A DNA stretch of 64,000 nucleotides from an uncultured Acidobacteriota bacterium (GTDB taxonomy: Bacteria > Acidobacteriota > Thermoanaerobaculia > UBA5066 > DATFVB01): positions 2,549,831 through 2,613,830 of the forward strand of contig OY970224.1 of NCBI GenBank assembly GCA_963714035.1, in the 5' to 3' direction. Every line of letters starts with the position of its first letter. Position 1 is the first letter of the stretch. Position numbers and translations under genes: made by a program. Shown here one piece after another: positions 48,006 to 57,837 of the stretch. The notes under the pieces were generated by a model. That model was not told the DNA's origin. It ran no database searches and worked only from the letters and a program-made list of their open reading frames with translations.

Positions 48006-49721
48006 ATGACTGAGCTAGCTTGGGTCGGAAAGAAGGCGGTCGAGAACCATCATCGGGAGGTTCCATACCGACTCCTGAAGTGCGATCCATCGCTCTCCGT
48101 GGGTGACCCGGAGGACGGCAACCTCCTTGTCGAGGGAGACAATCTCGAAGCCCTGAAGGCCTTACTTCCCTTCTATCGCGGCCAGGTCAAGTGCATCTAC
48201 ATCGACCCGCCGTACAACACCGGTCAGGACGAGCGCGACTCCGAAGGGCGCAGGACGGGGTGGATCTATAGCGACAACCTCAATAGCCCAGAGATACGTG
48301 AGTGGCTTGGACGCGTAGTGGGGAGTGAGGCCGACGATCTTTCCCGGCACGATAAGTGGCTCTGCATGATGTATCCAAGACTCTCTCTCCTTAAGGACTT
48401 CCTGCGTTTGGACGGCGCACTCTTCGCCAGCATCGACGAAAATGAGTATGCCAACTTGCGAGCCTTACTCGACGAGATATTTGGAATCAGGAACCGGGTT
48501 GGAACTATCGTGTGGAAGAACGCTACGGACAATAACCCCACAAATATCTCTCTGGAGCACGAGTACGTTCTTTGCTATGCGCGGGACAAGGCCCACCTTC
48601 CTGCGGAGTGGAAGTCAGAAACACTCGCGGTAAAACAGCGGCTCTTGAAGGTCTCGCAAGATTTCCTTGACTCGTTTCCCGACTCGGCTGATCGACAACG
48701 GGCATATTCGACTTGGCTCCGCGACAATAAGGCCTACCTCTGGCCCCTTCAGGACTACAAGTTCATCGACGATGGCGGGGTATTCACTGGGATGCGAGCC
48801 GTGCACAACCCCGGCAAAGAAGGTTACCGATACGACGTCATCCATCCGCGAACCGGCAAGCCATGTGCCCAGCCGTTGATGGGATACCGTTTCCCCGAAG
48901 AAACGATGAAACGACTCCTTGGAGAGGGACGAATTATTTTCGGCGAAGACGAAAGCAAGATCGTCGAACTGAAGGTGTATGTTAAGGAGTACCGGGCGAA
49001 ACTCTCAAGCGTCTTCGAGTTGGACGGTCGCGTGGGGACAAATGAGCTCAAGGAGATCTTTCCAGAGAATCGGCGTCCGTTCGACTTTCCGAAGCCCACA
49101 GCCTTGATCGAGGAACTCATCAGCTTCACGTCGACCGAAGACGATCTTATCCTTGATTCGTTTGCCGGAAGTGGAACCACCGGGCACGCAGTCCTTAAGC
49201 TTAATAAAGCGGATGGAAAGCGCCGCAGGTTCATCCTCGTTGAAATGAAGCCGGAGATCTCGCGTGAAATCACCGCGGAACGCGTGAAGCGCGTCGCTGA
49301 GGGCTACGTTAACGCAAAGGGTGACCGGATCGAGGGCCTGGGGGGTGGCTTCCGATATTGCAGGCTTGGGGACGGGCTCTTTAGTTCGGACGGCCAGATC
49401 ACGGACTCGGTCTCGTTTGCCGATCTTGCACGCCACGTCTTTTTCGTGACGACCGGTCAGCCGTCTCAAAACGGCGGCAAGAAATCCAGCCCGTTCATAG
49501 GTGCCCACGGCGAGACAGCCGTCTACCTCCTCTACAACGGAATACTCGGCGACAGACGACCAGGAAGCGGCAACGTGCTCACTGGAAGGGTTCTAGCAGA
49601 ACTCCCTGAGCATTCTGGCCGGCGAGTGGTTTTCGGGGAGGCAACGACGCTGTCGCGGGCGCGTCTTCGTCGTGAAAACGTCGAGTTCCGGCAGATCCCA
49701 TACGACGTGAGGTCCTGCTAA
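48006..49721 (+). CDS. mod: Type III restriction-modification system methyltransferase (Mod; N6-adenine, beta class)
   Basis: Motif IV IYIDPPYNTG precedes motif I FAGSGTTG. Region GC content visibly lower than flanks. Confidence 0.8.
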   Translation: MTELAWVGKKAVENHHREVPYRLLKCDPSLSVGDPEDGNLLVEGDNLEALKALLPFYRGQVKCIYIDPPYNTGQDERDSEGRRTGWIYSDNLNSPEIREWLGRVVGSEADDLSRHDKWLCMMYPRLSLLKDFLRLDGALFASIDENEYANLRALLDEIFGIRNRVGTIVWKNATDNNPTNISLEHEYVLCYARDKAHLPAEWKSETLAVKQRLLKVSQDFLDSFPDSADRQRAYSTWLRDNKAYLWPLQDYKFIDDGGVFTGMRAVHNPGKEGYRYDVIHPRTGKPCAQPLMGYRFPEETMKRLLGEGRIIFGEDESKIVELKVYVKEYRAKLSSVFELDGRVGTNELKEIFPENRRPFDFPKPTALIEELISFTSTEDDLILDSFAGSGTTGHAVLKLNKADGKRRRFILVEMKPEISREITAERVKRVAEGYVNAKGDRIEGLGGGFRYCRLGDGLFSSDGQITDSVSFADLARHVFFVTTGQPSQNGGKKSSPFIGAHGETAVYLLYNGILGDRRPGSGNVLTGRVLAELPEHSGRRVVFGEATTLSRARLRRENVEFRQIPYDVRSC

Positions 49722-52310
49722 GTGGAGCTCAAGGGCTACCAGTCTCGTTCGCTGGAACGGCTGGGCGACTTCCTTACGAAAGCCAAGGAAAGAAACCCGA
49801 AACTCGCTTTTATTGAGATGACCGAGAGGCCGTATGTAACCGCGGCGCTCCCGGCAGAACTTCGAGATATACCCTACGTCTGTGTGCGCGTCCCGACGGG
49901 CGGTGGAAAGACGTTCATGGCCACTCACGCGATCCCCATCGCGGCAAAGCGATATCTCGAGCGCGAATATCCTCTGACTGTCTGGCTGGCTCCCACAAAT
50001 ACGATCGTCTCTCAAACGCTCCGAGCCTTGAAGAACCCAAGGCATCCTTATCGGCAAGTGTTGGATGGTGCTTTCGCCGGGAACGTTTCGCTTATGACAC
50101 TAGTTGAGGCGCTGTCGGTCACGCCTTCGACGATCGCTGGTAGCGCAACCGTTATCGTGTCAACGCTCGCCGGCCTTAGGACCGAAGACACCGACGGCCG
50201 AAGAGTGTATGAGCAGAACGGTGCTCTTCAGGCCCATTTTTCCGAGCTAACTGCCGGGGAGCGAGCGAGGCTCGAACGAGACGGCGATGGGCTTGCGTCG
50301 ATGAGTCTTGCTAACGTCTTGCGTCTCCACCGCCCGCTCGTAATCGCCGATGAGGCGCACAATGCGCGAACCGCCCTATCCTTCGAGATGTTTAGACGGA
50401 TCGCGCCCGCCGCGATCGTGGAGTTCACGGCGACGCCGGACCAGGAACGGAACCCAAGCAATGTGCTCTGCCATGTCTCCGCCTTAGAACTGAAGGCGGA
50501 GAAGATGATCAAGTTGCCAATTCGGCTCGTGACGCGCGAAGAGTGGCGGGACGCCGTCACTGACGCGATTGGGAAGGTCGAGGGGCTTCAAGAGGCGGCA
50601 AACGAGGTGCAAAGGGAGACCGGGGAATACATCCGTCCGATCGTCCTCCTTCAAGCGCAGCCGAGGAACGAGACGCGGGAAACAGTTACGATCGAAGTTC
50701 TGAAGGCCTCTCTCATCAAGGACTTTCGGGTCCCTGAAGACCAGATTGCGGTAGCGACCGGCGAAACGGACGACCTCCCCGATGACATCCTCGACCCCTC
50801 GTGCCCGGTACGCTTCGTCCTTACGGTACAAAAGCTTCGTGAGGGATGGGATTGCCCGTTCGCCTATGTCCTCTGCAGCGTGTCTCACATCTCAACAGCA
50901 AGGTCGGTTGAGCAGGTGCTGGGCCGGATTCTTCGCATGCCGCGCGCCGAGACCAAGAGCCGGGAAGAACTGAACCGGGCATATGCCTTTGTCACATCCT
51001 CGGATTTCTCCGGAGCGGCCCGATCCCTGGAGGACGCGCTCGTCGAAAGCGGGTTCGAGAGATTTGAGGCTGCAAAAATGATCGAAGGCGGCCCTCCCCC
51101 CCTGTTCCCATTTCCGGAAATCGTCGTCGACGAGGAATTTGAAGAGGCGCCAAGGATCGATCGGCTCTCGGCGAGCCTTCGAAACCGCCTCCGTATCGAA
51201 AATAACCCGTCGGGTTCGGGCGCGCGGGTCGTTTACACAGGCCCAGGCCTGACTGGCCTTGAGGAACGAGAATTGTGCTCGGCAGCTCATGGCGATACCG
51301 GCATGGTGTCTGCGATCAAACTCGCCAGAAAGAGCCGTGGCCAACCAGTCTTTCCCGCTGCGATGGGTGTCGAGCTTTCGATTCCTCAACTTTCGATTCG
51401 CATGGGCAATAGGCTCGAGCTATTTGAGGACCAATTTGCGGGCGTGCCACCCGAACTCGACCCGGAGGATGCGAAGTTGGACGACGACGCCTTCCCTCGA
51501 TACGAAGGGCCAAGACCGGCGCTGGACATCGACATCGACGACCGCGGTTCGGTTGCCGGCTCCGTTCAGTCCGTTGTGTTCGATCGCCCATTGCCGTATT
51601 TTGGTCTCGGTCAGCCGACCCCGGCGGCGCTGGCGGTCTGGCTAGACCGAAACATCCCTCATCCGCTGGTTCCCGCGAGGAAGAGTGAGCCGTTTATGAG
51701 GGAGGTCATCGAATACCTCACAGCTGGGAGAGGCATACCGTTTGAGGAGCTCAAGGCTTCGCAGTTTCGGCTTCGCGACGCCGTTGAGCGTCGGCTGACC
51801 CAGATTCAAGACAAGGCGCGCGGACAGGCTTTCCTTGAGTTTGTTGAGGCAAGCGGGGCGGCCAGCCTCACGGTCGATCCTTCGATCTGTTTCTCGTTTG
51901 ACCGGAATGGCTATCCCGCCAACCAGCTTTACACCGCGACGACGTTCCGAAATCACTACTACGAGCGCCCGGGAGACATGAATGCAGAGGAGGCCAACTG
52001 TGCCCTCACCATCGATTCACTTCGGGAGATTGACGTGTGGGTTAGAAACCTGGAACGGCGGGAGAGGTTTTCTTTTTGGCTTCCGACCTCGACCGATCGC
52101 TTCTATCCCGATTTTGTTGGTCGGTTAAGGGACGGCCGGTTTCTGGTGGTCGAGTACAAGGGCGCTCACCTCATGGACACTTCGGATACCAGAGAAAAGA
52201 AAATGGTCGGCGAGCTGTGGCAGGAAAAGAGTCAGGGAAAATGCCTTTTTCTTCTCGTTGGAGGAGACACCTTGAGTCGGATAGCTCTTGCGGCTCGTTC
52301 TGCCCGGTGA
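49722..52310 (+). CDS. res: Type III restriction endonuclease Res subunit (SF2 helicase-nuclease)
   Basis: GTG start directly after the mod stop. Walker A PTGGGKTF, DEAH-box IADEAHN, helicase C-terminal motifs. Confidence 0.8.
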   Translation: MELKGYQSRSLERLGDFLTKAKERNPKLAFIEMTERPYVTAALPAELRDIPYVCVRVPTGGGKTFMATHAIPIAAKRYLEREYPLTVWLAPTNTIVSQTLRALKNPRHPYRQVLDGAFAGNVSLMTLVEALSVTPSTIAGSATVIVSTLAGLRTEDTDGRRVYEQNGALQAHFSELTAGERARLERDGDGLASMSLANVLRLHRPLVIADEAHNARTALSFEMFRRIAPAAIVEFTATPDQERNPSNVLCHVSALELKAEKMIKLPIRLVTREEWRDAVTDAIGKVEGLQEAANEVQRETGEYIRPIVLLQAQPRNETRETVTIEVLKASLIKDFRVPEDQIAVATGETDDLPDDILDPSCPVRFVLTVQKLREGWDCPFAYVLCSVSHISTARSVEQVLGRILRMPRAETKSREELNRAYAFVTSSDFSGAARSLEDALVESGFERFEAAKMIEGGPPPLFPFPEIVVDEEFEEAPRIDRLSASLRNRLRIENNPSGSGARVVYTGPGLTGLEERELCSAAHGDTGMVSAIKLARKSRGQPVFPAAMGVELSIPQLSIRMGNRLELFEDQFAGVPPELDPEDAKLDDDAFPRYEGPRPALDIDIDDRGSVAGSVQSVVFDRPLPYFGLGQPTPAALAVWLDRNIPHPLVPARKSEPFMREVIEYLTAGRGIPFEELKASQFRLRDAVERRLTQIQDKARGQAFLEFVEASGAASLTVDPSICFSFDRNGYPANQLYTATTFRNHYYERPGDMNAEEANCALTIDSLREIDVWVRNLERRERFSFWLPTSTDRFYPDFVGRLRDGRFLVVEYKGAHLMDTSDTREKKMVGELWQEKSQGKCLFLLVGGDTLSRIALAARSAR

Positions 52311-52357
52311 CATGACGAAGCGCCGCCCCCGCGTGGGCCGGTTACGATAGGTCACCG

Positions 52358-55300
52358 ATGCAAGTCGAGCATTCGGCTCTCCAGCTGTCGGCCTCCGATC
52401 TTGGCCGCTTCCTTTCCTGCCGGCACTGCACAGCGCTCGACGTGGAGGTTGCGGCGGGTACTCGGGCCGCGCCCTTTTTCGCCGATCCGTTCCTCGAAAT
52501 GCTTGCGAAGCGGGGGCTGGAACACGAGAAGAAGTACCTCACCTCGATCAACGATAGCAGTGATAAAGTCCTTAATCTCGCAGGTCTTTCACATGCAGAG
52601 GCCGAAGATCGGTGCCTTGAAGCGATGCAAACAGGACGGAGGGCAATCGCGCAGGGTGTTCTTCGCAGCCGCGAGCTCTTGGGGGTGCCCGACGTCCTCC
52701 AGCGGGTCGAAACCCCCAGCGGTCTCGGTTCGTGGTCCTACGAGGTTTACGACACGAAACTAGCGCGGGAGACACGCGGCACGACCATTCTTCAGCTCTC
52801 GCTTTATTCGGAGCTCCTCGGGGAAACGCAGGGACTCCTTCCGGATAGCTTTCACGTCATCACCCCCAATCCATTGAAGCCGCGTCAATCGTTCCGAGTC
52901 GCGGACTACGCGGCGTTCTACCGATTCGTTCTGCGAGGATTGAAGGAGATGGTCGGTCAAGAGTCATCCAAGCTGCTCGACGCGAACTATCCGGAGCCGG
53001 TCGACTATTGCGACGTTTGCCGCTGGGGAGGCCAGTGCGACAAGCGGCGCCGCAAGGACGACCATCTCTCGCTCGTCGCGGGCATGACGCGGCTCCAGCG
53101 GCGGGAGTTGGAACCGCGCGGCATCATCACGCTCGCGGCATTGGGCCGACTTCCCGTTCCGCTGGCCTTCAAACCTCAACGCGGCTCGAAGGAGTCGATC
53201 GAGCGGGTCTGCAACCAGGCGCGCGTGCAGCTCGAGGAGAGGGAGATCGGAAAGCCCGTGCGGGAGCTGCTCGAGCCGATCGAGGCCGGCCGCGGCCTCG
53301 CAACCCTTCCGCTCCCTTCGATCGGCGATGTCTTCCTCGATCTCGAAGGCGACCACTTTGCGCGCGAGGGCGGACGAGAGTATCTCTTCGGTCTCACGAT
53401 CCTCGAGGCTGGCGGGAGGACGCGACACGTCAAGCTCTGGGGGCATTCGGATACTGAAGAGAAGGCCGCGTTCGAGAAGACCGTGGACGAGATCCTGACT
53501 TCGTGGGCGGCCCACCACCAGATGCACGTCTATCACTACGCTCCGTACGAACCGTCCGCGTTCAAGCGCCTCATGGGCCGGCACGTGACGCGGGGGACGG
53601 ACATCGACAAGATGCTGCGGTCGCGACTCTTCGTAGACCTCTACGCTGTGGTCAGGCAGGGTCTCCGGGCGAGTGTCGAGAAATACTCGATCAAGGATCT
53701 CGAAAAGTTCTACGGCTTCGAGCGCCAGGCGAAGCTTTTCGATGCCGGCGCTGCGCGTCGATTCATCGAGCAAGCGCTCGAGGCTGAGGACCCGGAGAGC
53801 ATTCCGGCTGAAATCCGAACGCTCGTCGAGAACTACAACGAGGAAGACTGCGTGTCGGCTCTCTGGCTGCGGGATTGGCTCGAGAGTCTGCGAAAGGAGC
53901 TCGAAGAGGGGGGCACGGCTGTTCCGCGGCCGCTCCCCGGCGACGGCGAGATTTCGGAAAAGGCGGAGGAGAGAAACGCCGAGGTCCAGGCCGCCATGGA
54001 CGCGCTCCTGGCCGGAGTGCCCGCCGAGAAGAACGAGCGAAGCCGCGAAGAGCATGCGAAGTGGCTGCTCGCCCACATGCTCGAATTTCATCGCCGCGAA
54101 GACAAGGTCACGTGGTGGGAGTTCTTCCGGCTGAGCGACCTCGTGGAAGAAGACGACCTGTTGGACGAGCGGGCCGCCGTCGCCGGATTGGTGTTTGTCC
54201 AGCGACTTCCGCTCAAGGGCAGGGAGAAGACGCCGGTCGATCGTTACACCTTCCCGCCCCAGGAGTTCGAGGCGGACAAGAAAGACAAGCTCTACGTCCA
54301 CGGTGGAACGATGCTCGGCACCGTCGTGGCGTTCGATGCGGCATCCCGTTCGGTGGACGTCAAGAAGACAATAGCCAGCGCCCAAAACCACCCCCGGTCG
54401 GCTTTCATTCATTCCCGGTTTCCTCCCGACACGATGGAAACAGCGCTCATGCGGCTCGCGAGCCAGGTGATCGCTAGCGGACTCGACAGTGTGGCAAGCG
54501 CGGCGCGCGACTTGTTGCTCGGCAACGCTCCGCGTTTGAAGAGCGGGACCCATGCCCGGAAAGACGGCGAGGACCGTGTCGAGTGGGCGAAGCGGACCGT
54601 CCTCGATCTCGATCGTTCCATTCTTCCGATCCAGGGGCCGCCGGGAGCGGGGAAGACTTACACCGGCGCGCGAATGATCCTGGATTGCGTCCGAAATGGC
54701 TTGAAGGTCGGCGTGACGGCCGTGAGCCACAAGGTCATCGAGAATCTGCTCCGAGCCACCCGAAAGGCGGCCGCCGACGCCGGCGTTCCGTGGACGAGCA
54801 TTCGGAAAGTGTCGGATCTGAGCGAGGTGCCCGAGCCCGGGATCGACGAAACGACCGATGCCGCCGAAGTGCGCGCCGCGCTCGACGCCGGCCGCGCCCA
54901 GGTCGGCGCAGGCACCGCCTGGCTCTGGGCGCATGTGGACTTCGCAGACTTCCTCGACGTCCTGTTCGTCGATGAAGCGGGGCAGGCATCGCTCGCAAAC
55001 GTCCTCGCCATGGCGCAGTCGGCAAAGAGTGTCGTTTTGCTGGGTGATCCGCAGCAGCTTCAGCAACCTCAGCGCGGCACGCACCCGGATGGCGTCGATG
55101 CATCGGCTTTGCAGCACCTGCTGGGCGACGAGAAGACGATTCCCGACGAGAAGGGAATCTTCCTTGAAGAGACCTGGCGGCTGGCGCCGTCGATCTGCCG
55201 GTTCACATCCGACCTCTTTTACGAAGACCGGCTCAAACCGAGACCGGGGCTCGATCGGCTCTCGCTCTCAGGCGTACCTCCGTATGAAGGCACCGGCCTG

Positions 55301-55786
55301 TGGTTCGCTCCGGTAGAACACGACGGCAACCGCGATGTGTCGCCCGAGGAAGTGGCCGCCGTCGAGGCCATCGTCGGTCGCCTTCTCGCCGAGGGGAGCG
55401 TATGGACGAACGAGAAGGGCGAGACGAAACCGCTTGGCGCGCGGGACATTCTCGTCGTTGCTCCGTTCAACCGCCACGTCAACCGGCTGCAGGAGGCTAT
55501 CCGCAGCCGCGGCGTGAGCGTCGGCACCGTGGACAAGTTCCAAGGGCAGGAGGCCGCCGTCGTGATCTATTCGATGGCGACTTCGCGCCCGGAGGATGCC
55601 CCGCGTGGAATGGAATTCCTCTATAGCCTCGACCGATTCAACGTCGCCACTTCTCGGGCCCGCTGCGCCTGCATTCTCGTCGCGAGCCCGCGGCTCCTCG
55701 AGCCGGACTGCAAGACGCCTCGTCAGATGCGGTTGACCAACGCCCTCTGCCGGTATGCGGAACTGGCGCACGTGGTCTACTTGTAA
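52358..55786 (+). CDS. Nuclease-helicase fusion: TM0106-type RecB-like nuclease + RNase H-like (YprB-type) 3'-5' exonuclease + SF1 Upf1/Dna2-like helicase
   Basis: N-terminal SASDLGRFLSCRHC (RecB/Cas4-like), Cys cluster YCDVCRWGGQCD, DLEGD exonuclease motif. C-terminal Walker A GPPGAGKT, Walker B VDEAGQ, GDPQQL, VDKFQGQE and ATSRAR motifs. Confidence 0.7.
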   Translation: MQVEHSALQLSASDLGRFLSCRHCTALDVEVAAGTRAAPFFADPFLEMLAKRGLEHEKKYLTSINDSSDKVLNLAGLSHAEAEDRCLEAMQTGRRAIAQGVLRSRELLGVPDVLQRVETPSGLGSWSYEVYDTKLARETRGTTILQLSLYSELLGETQGLLPDSFHVITPNPLKPRQSFRVADYAAFYRFVLRGLKEMVGQESSKLLDANYPEPVDYCDVCRWGGQCDKRRRKDDHLSLVAGMTRLQRRELEPRGIITLAALGRLPVPLAFKPQRGSKESIERVCNQARVQLEEREIGKPVRELLEPIEAGRGLATLPLPSIGDVFLDLEGDHFAREGGREYLFGLTILEAGGRTRHVKLWGHSDTEEKAAFEKTVDEILTSWAAHHQMHVYHYAPYEPSAFKRLMGRHVTRGTDIDKMLRSRLFVDLYAVVRQGLRASVEKYSIKDLEKFYGFERQAKLFDAGAARRFIEQALEAEDPESIPAEIRTLVENYNEEDCVSALWLRDWLESLRKELEEGGTAVPRPLPGDGEISEKAEERNAEVQAAMDALLAGVPAEKNERSREEHAKWLLAHMLEFHRREDKVTWWEFFRLSDLVEEDDLLDERAAVAGLVFVQRLPLKGREKTPVDRYTFPPQEFEADKKDKLYVHGGTMLGTVVAFDAASRSVDVKKTIASAQNHPRSAFIHSRFPPDTMETALMRLASQVIASGLDSVASAARDLLLGNAPRLKSGTHARKDGEDRVEWAKRTVLDLDRSILPIQGPPGAGKTYTGARMILDCVRNGLKVGVTAVSHKVIENLLRATRKAAADAGVPWTSIRKVSDLSEVPEPGIDETTDAAEVRAALDAGRAQVGAGTAWLWAHVDFADFLDVLFVDEAGQASLANVLAMAQSAKSVVLLGDPQQLQQPQRGTHPDGVDASALQHLLGDEKTIPDEKGIFLEETWRLAPSICRFTSDLFYEDRLKPRPGLDRLSLSGVPPYEGTGLWFAPVEHDGNRDVSPEEVAAVEAIVGRLLAEGSVWTNEKGETKPLGARDILVVAPFNRHVNRLQEAIRSRGVSVGTVDKFQGQEAAVVIYSMATSRPEDAPRGMEFLYSLDRFNVATSRARCACILVASPRLLEPDCKTPRQMRLTNALCRYAELAHVVYL

Positions 55787-55875
55787 CACCAACATGACCA
55801 TTAGAAGAACTATGAAGCCAGACTGCACCACGAGTGCGCGCCTCTAGACTGGGAGGAACGGAAAGGAGTGGGAGG

Positions 55876-56580
55876 ATGACGGAATTCTGGGATCCCTTCT
55901 GCGGTTACTATACACAGCCTCTCCTCGAGGTAAATCGTGAAATCGAAAAGTGGAGCACTGAGAATAGCGTCCACAACTATGCCTCGACAACATTGCATTT
56001 TGAGAGAATTCTCGGGAAGCTCGAGGGAGATCGCGCGGGAAGACTGCTTATACTCTTGGAGTCGCCATCCACACCGTTTCCAGTTCAGAGCTGCGACTCA
56101 GATCCACAGGACGAAGGCAACGGAGCATTTCGCTACTTTTGCTTAACTGCTGGTGACTGGGAGATGCTTCGCCTGGAGAAGCTAGGGCCACGACCAAAAT
56201 GGCCGTCGGAATTTGACAATGAAGCGTATTGGGCCGCCTATGCAAGAAGCTTGGCAGACCTTCCGTACAATGGGCTGATTGCGTTCGTGTTATGGCGCCT
56301 CATGCCCGCTGCGGCCTACGTTACGAATCTTTTTAAAAGCCCGAAGGGCCGCGTTCCGGAGAGCTTCTTTGCTAGGGAGTTCGGGTACTTTCGGCCGACG
56401 AAGGTGTTGAGTCTGACGCCGACTTACGTAAAAACTGTCGAGCAGCTGGCGCAGCATCTAGGCAACGCTTTCAGCCTAAAGGAAATCAGATTTGACTATT
56501 CGTGGCATCCTACCTCTCGAAAGAGTTCTGCAGAACGAAGCGGCCGCCTGAAATCAGCCTTAGCCGCCCTCGCGGATTGA
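55876..56580 (+). CDS. Hypothetical protein, low-GC (island cargo)
   Basis: GGGAGG RBS then ATG (MTEFWDPFCGYY...). AT-rich codon usage unlike the host. No recognisable motifs. Confidence 0.5.
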   Translation: MTEFWDPFCGYYTQPLLEVNREIEKWSTENSVHNYASTTLHFERILGKLEGDRAGRLLILLESPSTPFPVQSCDSDPQDEGNGAFRYFCLTAGDWEMLRLEKLGPRPKWPSEFDNEAYWAAYARSLADLPYNGLIAFVLWRLMPAAAYVTNLFKSPKGRVPESFFAREFGYFRPTKVLSLTPTYVKTVEQLAQHLGNAFSLKEIRFDYSWHPTSRKSSAERSGRLKSALAALAD

Positions 56581-56599
56581 TGCGGCGCCTCTGGGGGCG

Positions 56600-57125
56600 G
56601 TCTTCCATTCATTCTCTGGGGCCAGATCCGGGGGCTTCATCAGATCTGTGTTTTCCGCTGTGGGTATCGGGATGATGATGCCCCCGAACTTGTCACCGGG
56701 AGGTCTTGGGGTCAGATCTTTATTATGCATTGAGGTGGATTGGCCAGCCCTTCGGCCGGTATCGCGAACACTGATAAACGATTAGAAGGCCGTCCCCATC
56801 GGGTCCACGCCCCGAAACGCCAGAATGATCGCGCGAGCTATCGCTTCAGCAGAACCCCCGCTCCGGCCAGGAGTGCCGCGAGGAGCAGGTGGCTTAGGGG
56901 TCAGATCTGTGTTTTCCACTATGGCATCGGGACGCGGATTCCCCTACGGATGAGAACTCGCGTCCCATCCAGGCCGGATGTCGACGCATCGCGAACGCTT
57001 AATGATTAGAGGACGGTCCCCGTCGTCCCCATCGGGTCCACGCCCCGAAACGCCCAGAATGATCCCGCGAGCTATCGCTTCAGCAGAATCCCCGCTCCGG
57101 CCAGGAGTGCCGCGAGGGCGATGAG
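56600..57125. repeat. Tandem duplication (~250-bp unit x2) that includes a copy of the 3' end and downstream region of the 57072..57626 gene
   Basis: CCCCATCGGGTCCACGCCCCGAAACGCC.AGAATGATC.CGCGAGCTATCGCTTCAGCAGAA.CCCCGCTCCGGCCAGGAGTGCCGCGAGG occurs at ~56795-56885 and ~57030-57120. Each is preceded by GGGGTCAGATCTGTGTTTTCC.CT.TGG.ATCGGGA. Confidence 0.6.
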
Positions 57126-57626
57126 AGCGACGGGCCTCACCGGCACGCTCATCGGAGGGGCAGGGGTGACGGGCGTTTCGACGGTCGAGGTGTTGTCCGA
57201 CGGATCATCTTCGGTCCCGGAATTCGACACGACCGCCGTATTGAATGTCTCGAGCGGAACGAACTCAGGGAGGATCGTGACCGATAGCGTGAACGTCGCC
57301 GATGCGCCGGTATCCATGTTCTGGAAGCTGCACTGGACCGTTCCGCCCTGGTCGACGGGCGGCGTCGAGCACGCCCATCCGGACGGCGCGCTCAAGGAGT
57401 TGAAGATCGATTTCGTGTCGATGTCGTCGTTCAGGTTGACGGTCGGCGCAAGGGCGCCCGTGTTCGACACGACGATCTGGTAGACGATCGGGACGCCGGG
57501 ATGGGCCGGGCTCGAGGAGAGCAGCGTCTTTACGACCTTCATGTTCGCGGCGTGGAGCGCGGTCGGCGCGGCAGCGATCGAGATTGCGACGATCCCGGCG
57601 GCGACAGCGCGTGGGATGAGGTTCAT
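57072..57626 (-). CDS. Secreted DUF11/conserved-repeat-domain-like protein with C-terminal hydrophobic anchor plus basic tail (sorting-signal-like)
   Basis: GGGAGGA RBS then ATG (MNLIPRAVAAGIVAISIAAAPTALHA signal peptide). C-terminus PVRPVALIALAALLAGAGILLKR resembles PEP-CTERM-type sorting tails without the PEP motif. Confidence 0.55.
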   Translation of the reverse strand: MNLIPRAVAAGIVAISIAAAPTALHAANMKVVKTLLSSSPAHPGVPIVYQIVVSNTGALAPTVNLNDDIDTKSIFNSLSAPSGWACSTPPVDQGGTVQCSFQNMDTGASATFTLSVTILPEFVPLETFNTAVVSNSGTEDDPSDNTSTVETPVTPAPPMSVPVRPVALIALAALLAGAGILLKR

Positions 57627-57837
57627 CGTGATCCTCCCTGTCCGCGGTTGACGATAGCACGACCTCTCGGAACGTCGATGGGGGCGGTTCGTCGTTTCAT
57701 GCATTATTTGCGCAAGACTGGTCTTGCGGTCAGCTGTTCCTGGGGTCAGTTCTTTATTTATGCATTAGCGGAGAAGGATTTGGGCTCAGCCGTGGCTTTG
57801 TTTTTCCCGCGCAACGGGAAACGGGCGCCGGGAGTCG

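Noticed and set aside
56740-57009. 89-aa ORF on the plus strand in the duplicated region
   Set aside because: It lies on the opposite strand of the duplicated gene 3' fragment. No RBS. It is an artefact of the duplication.
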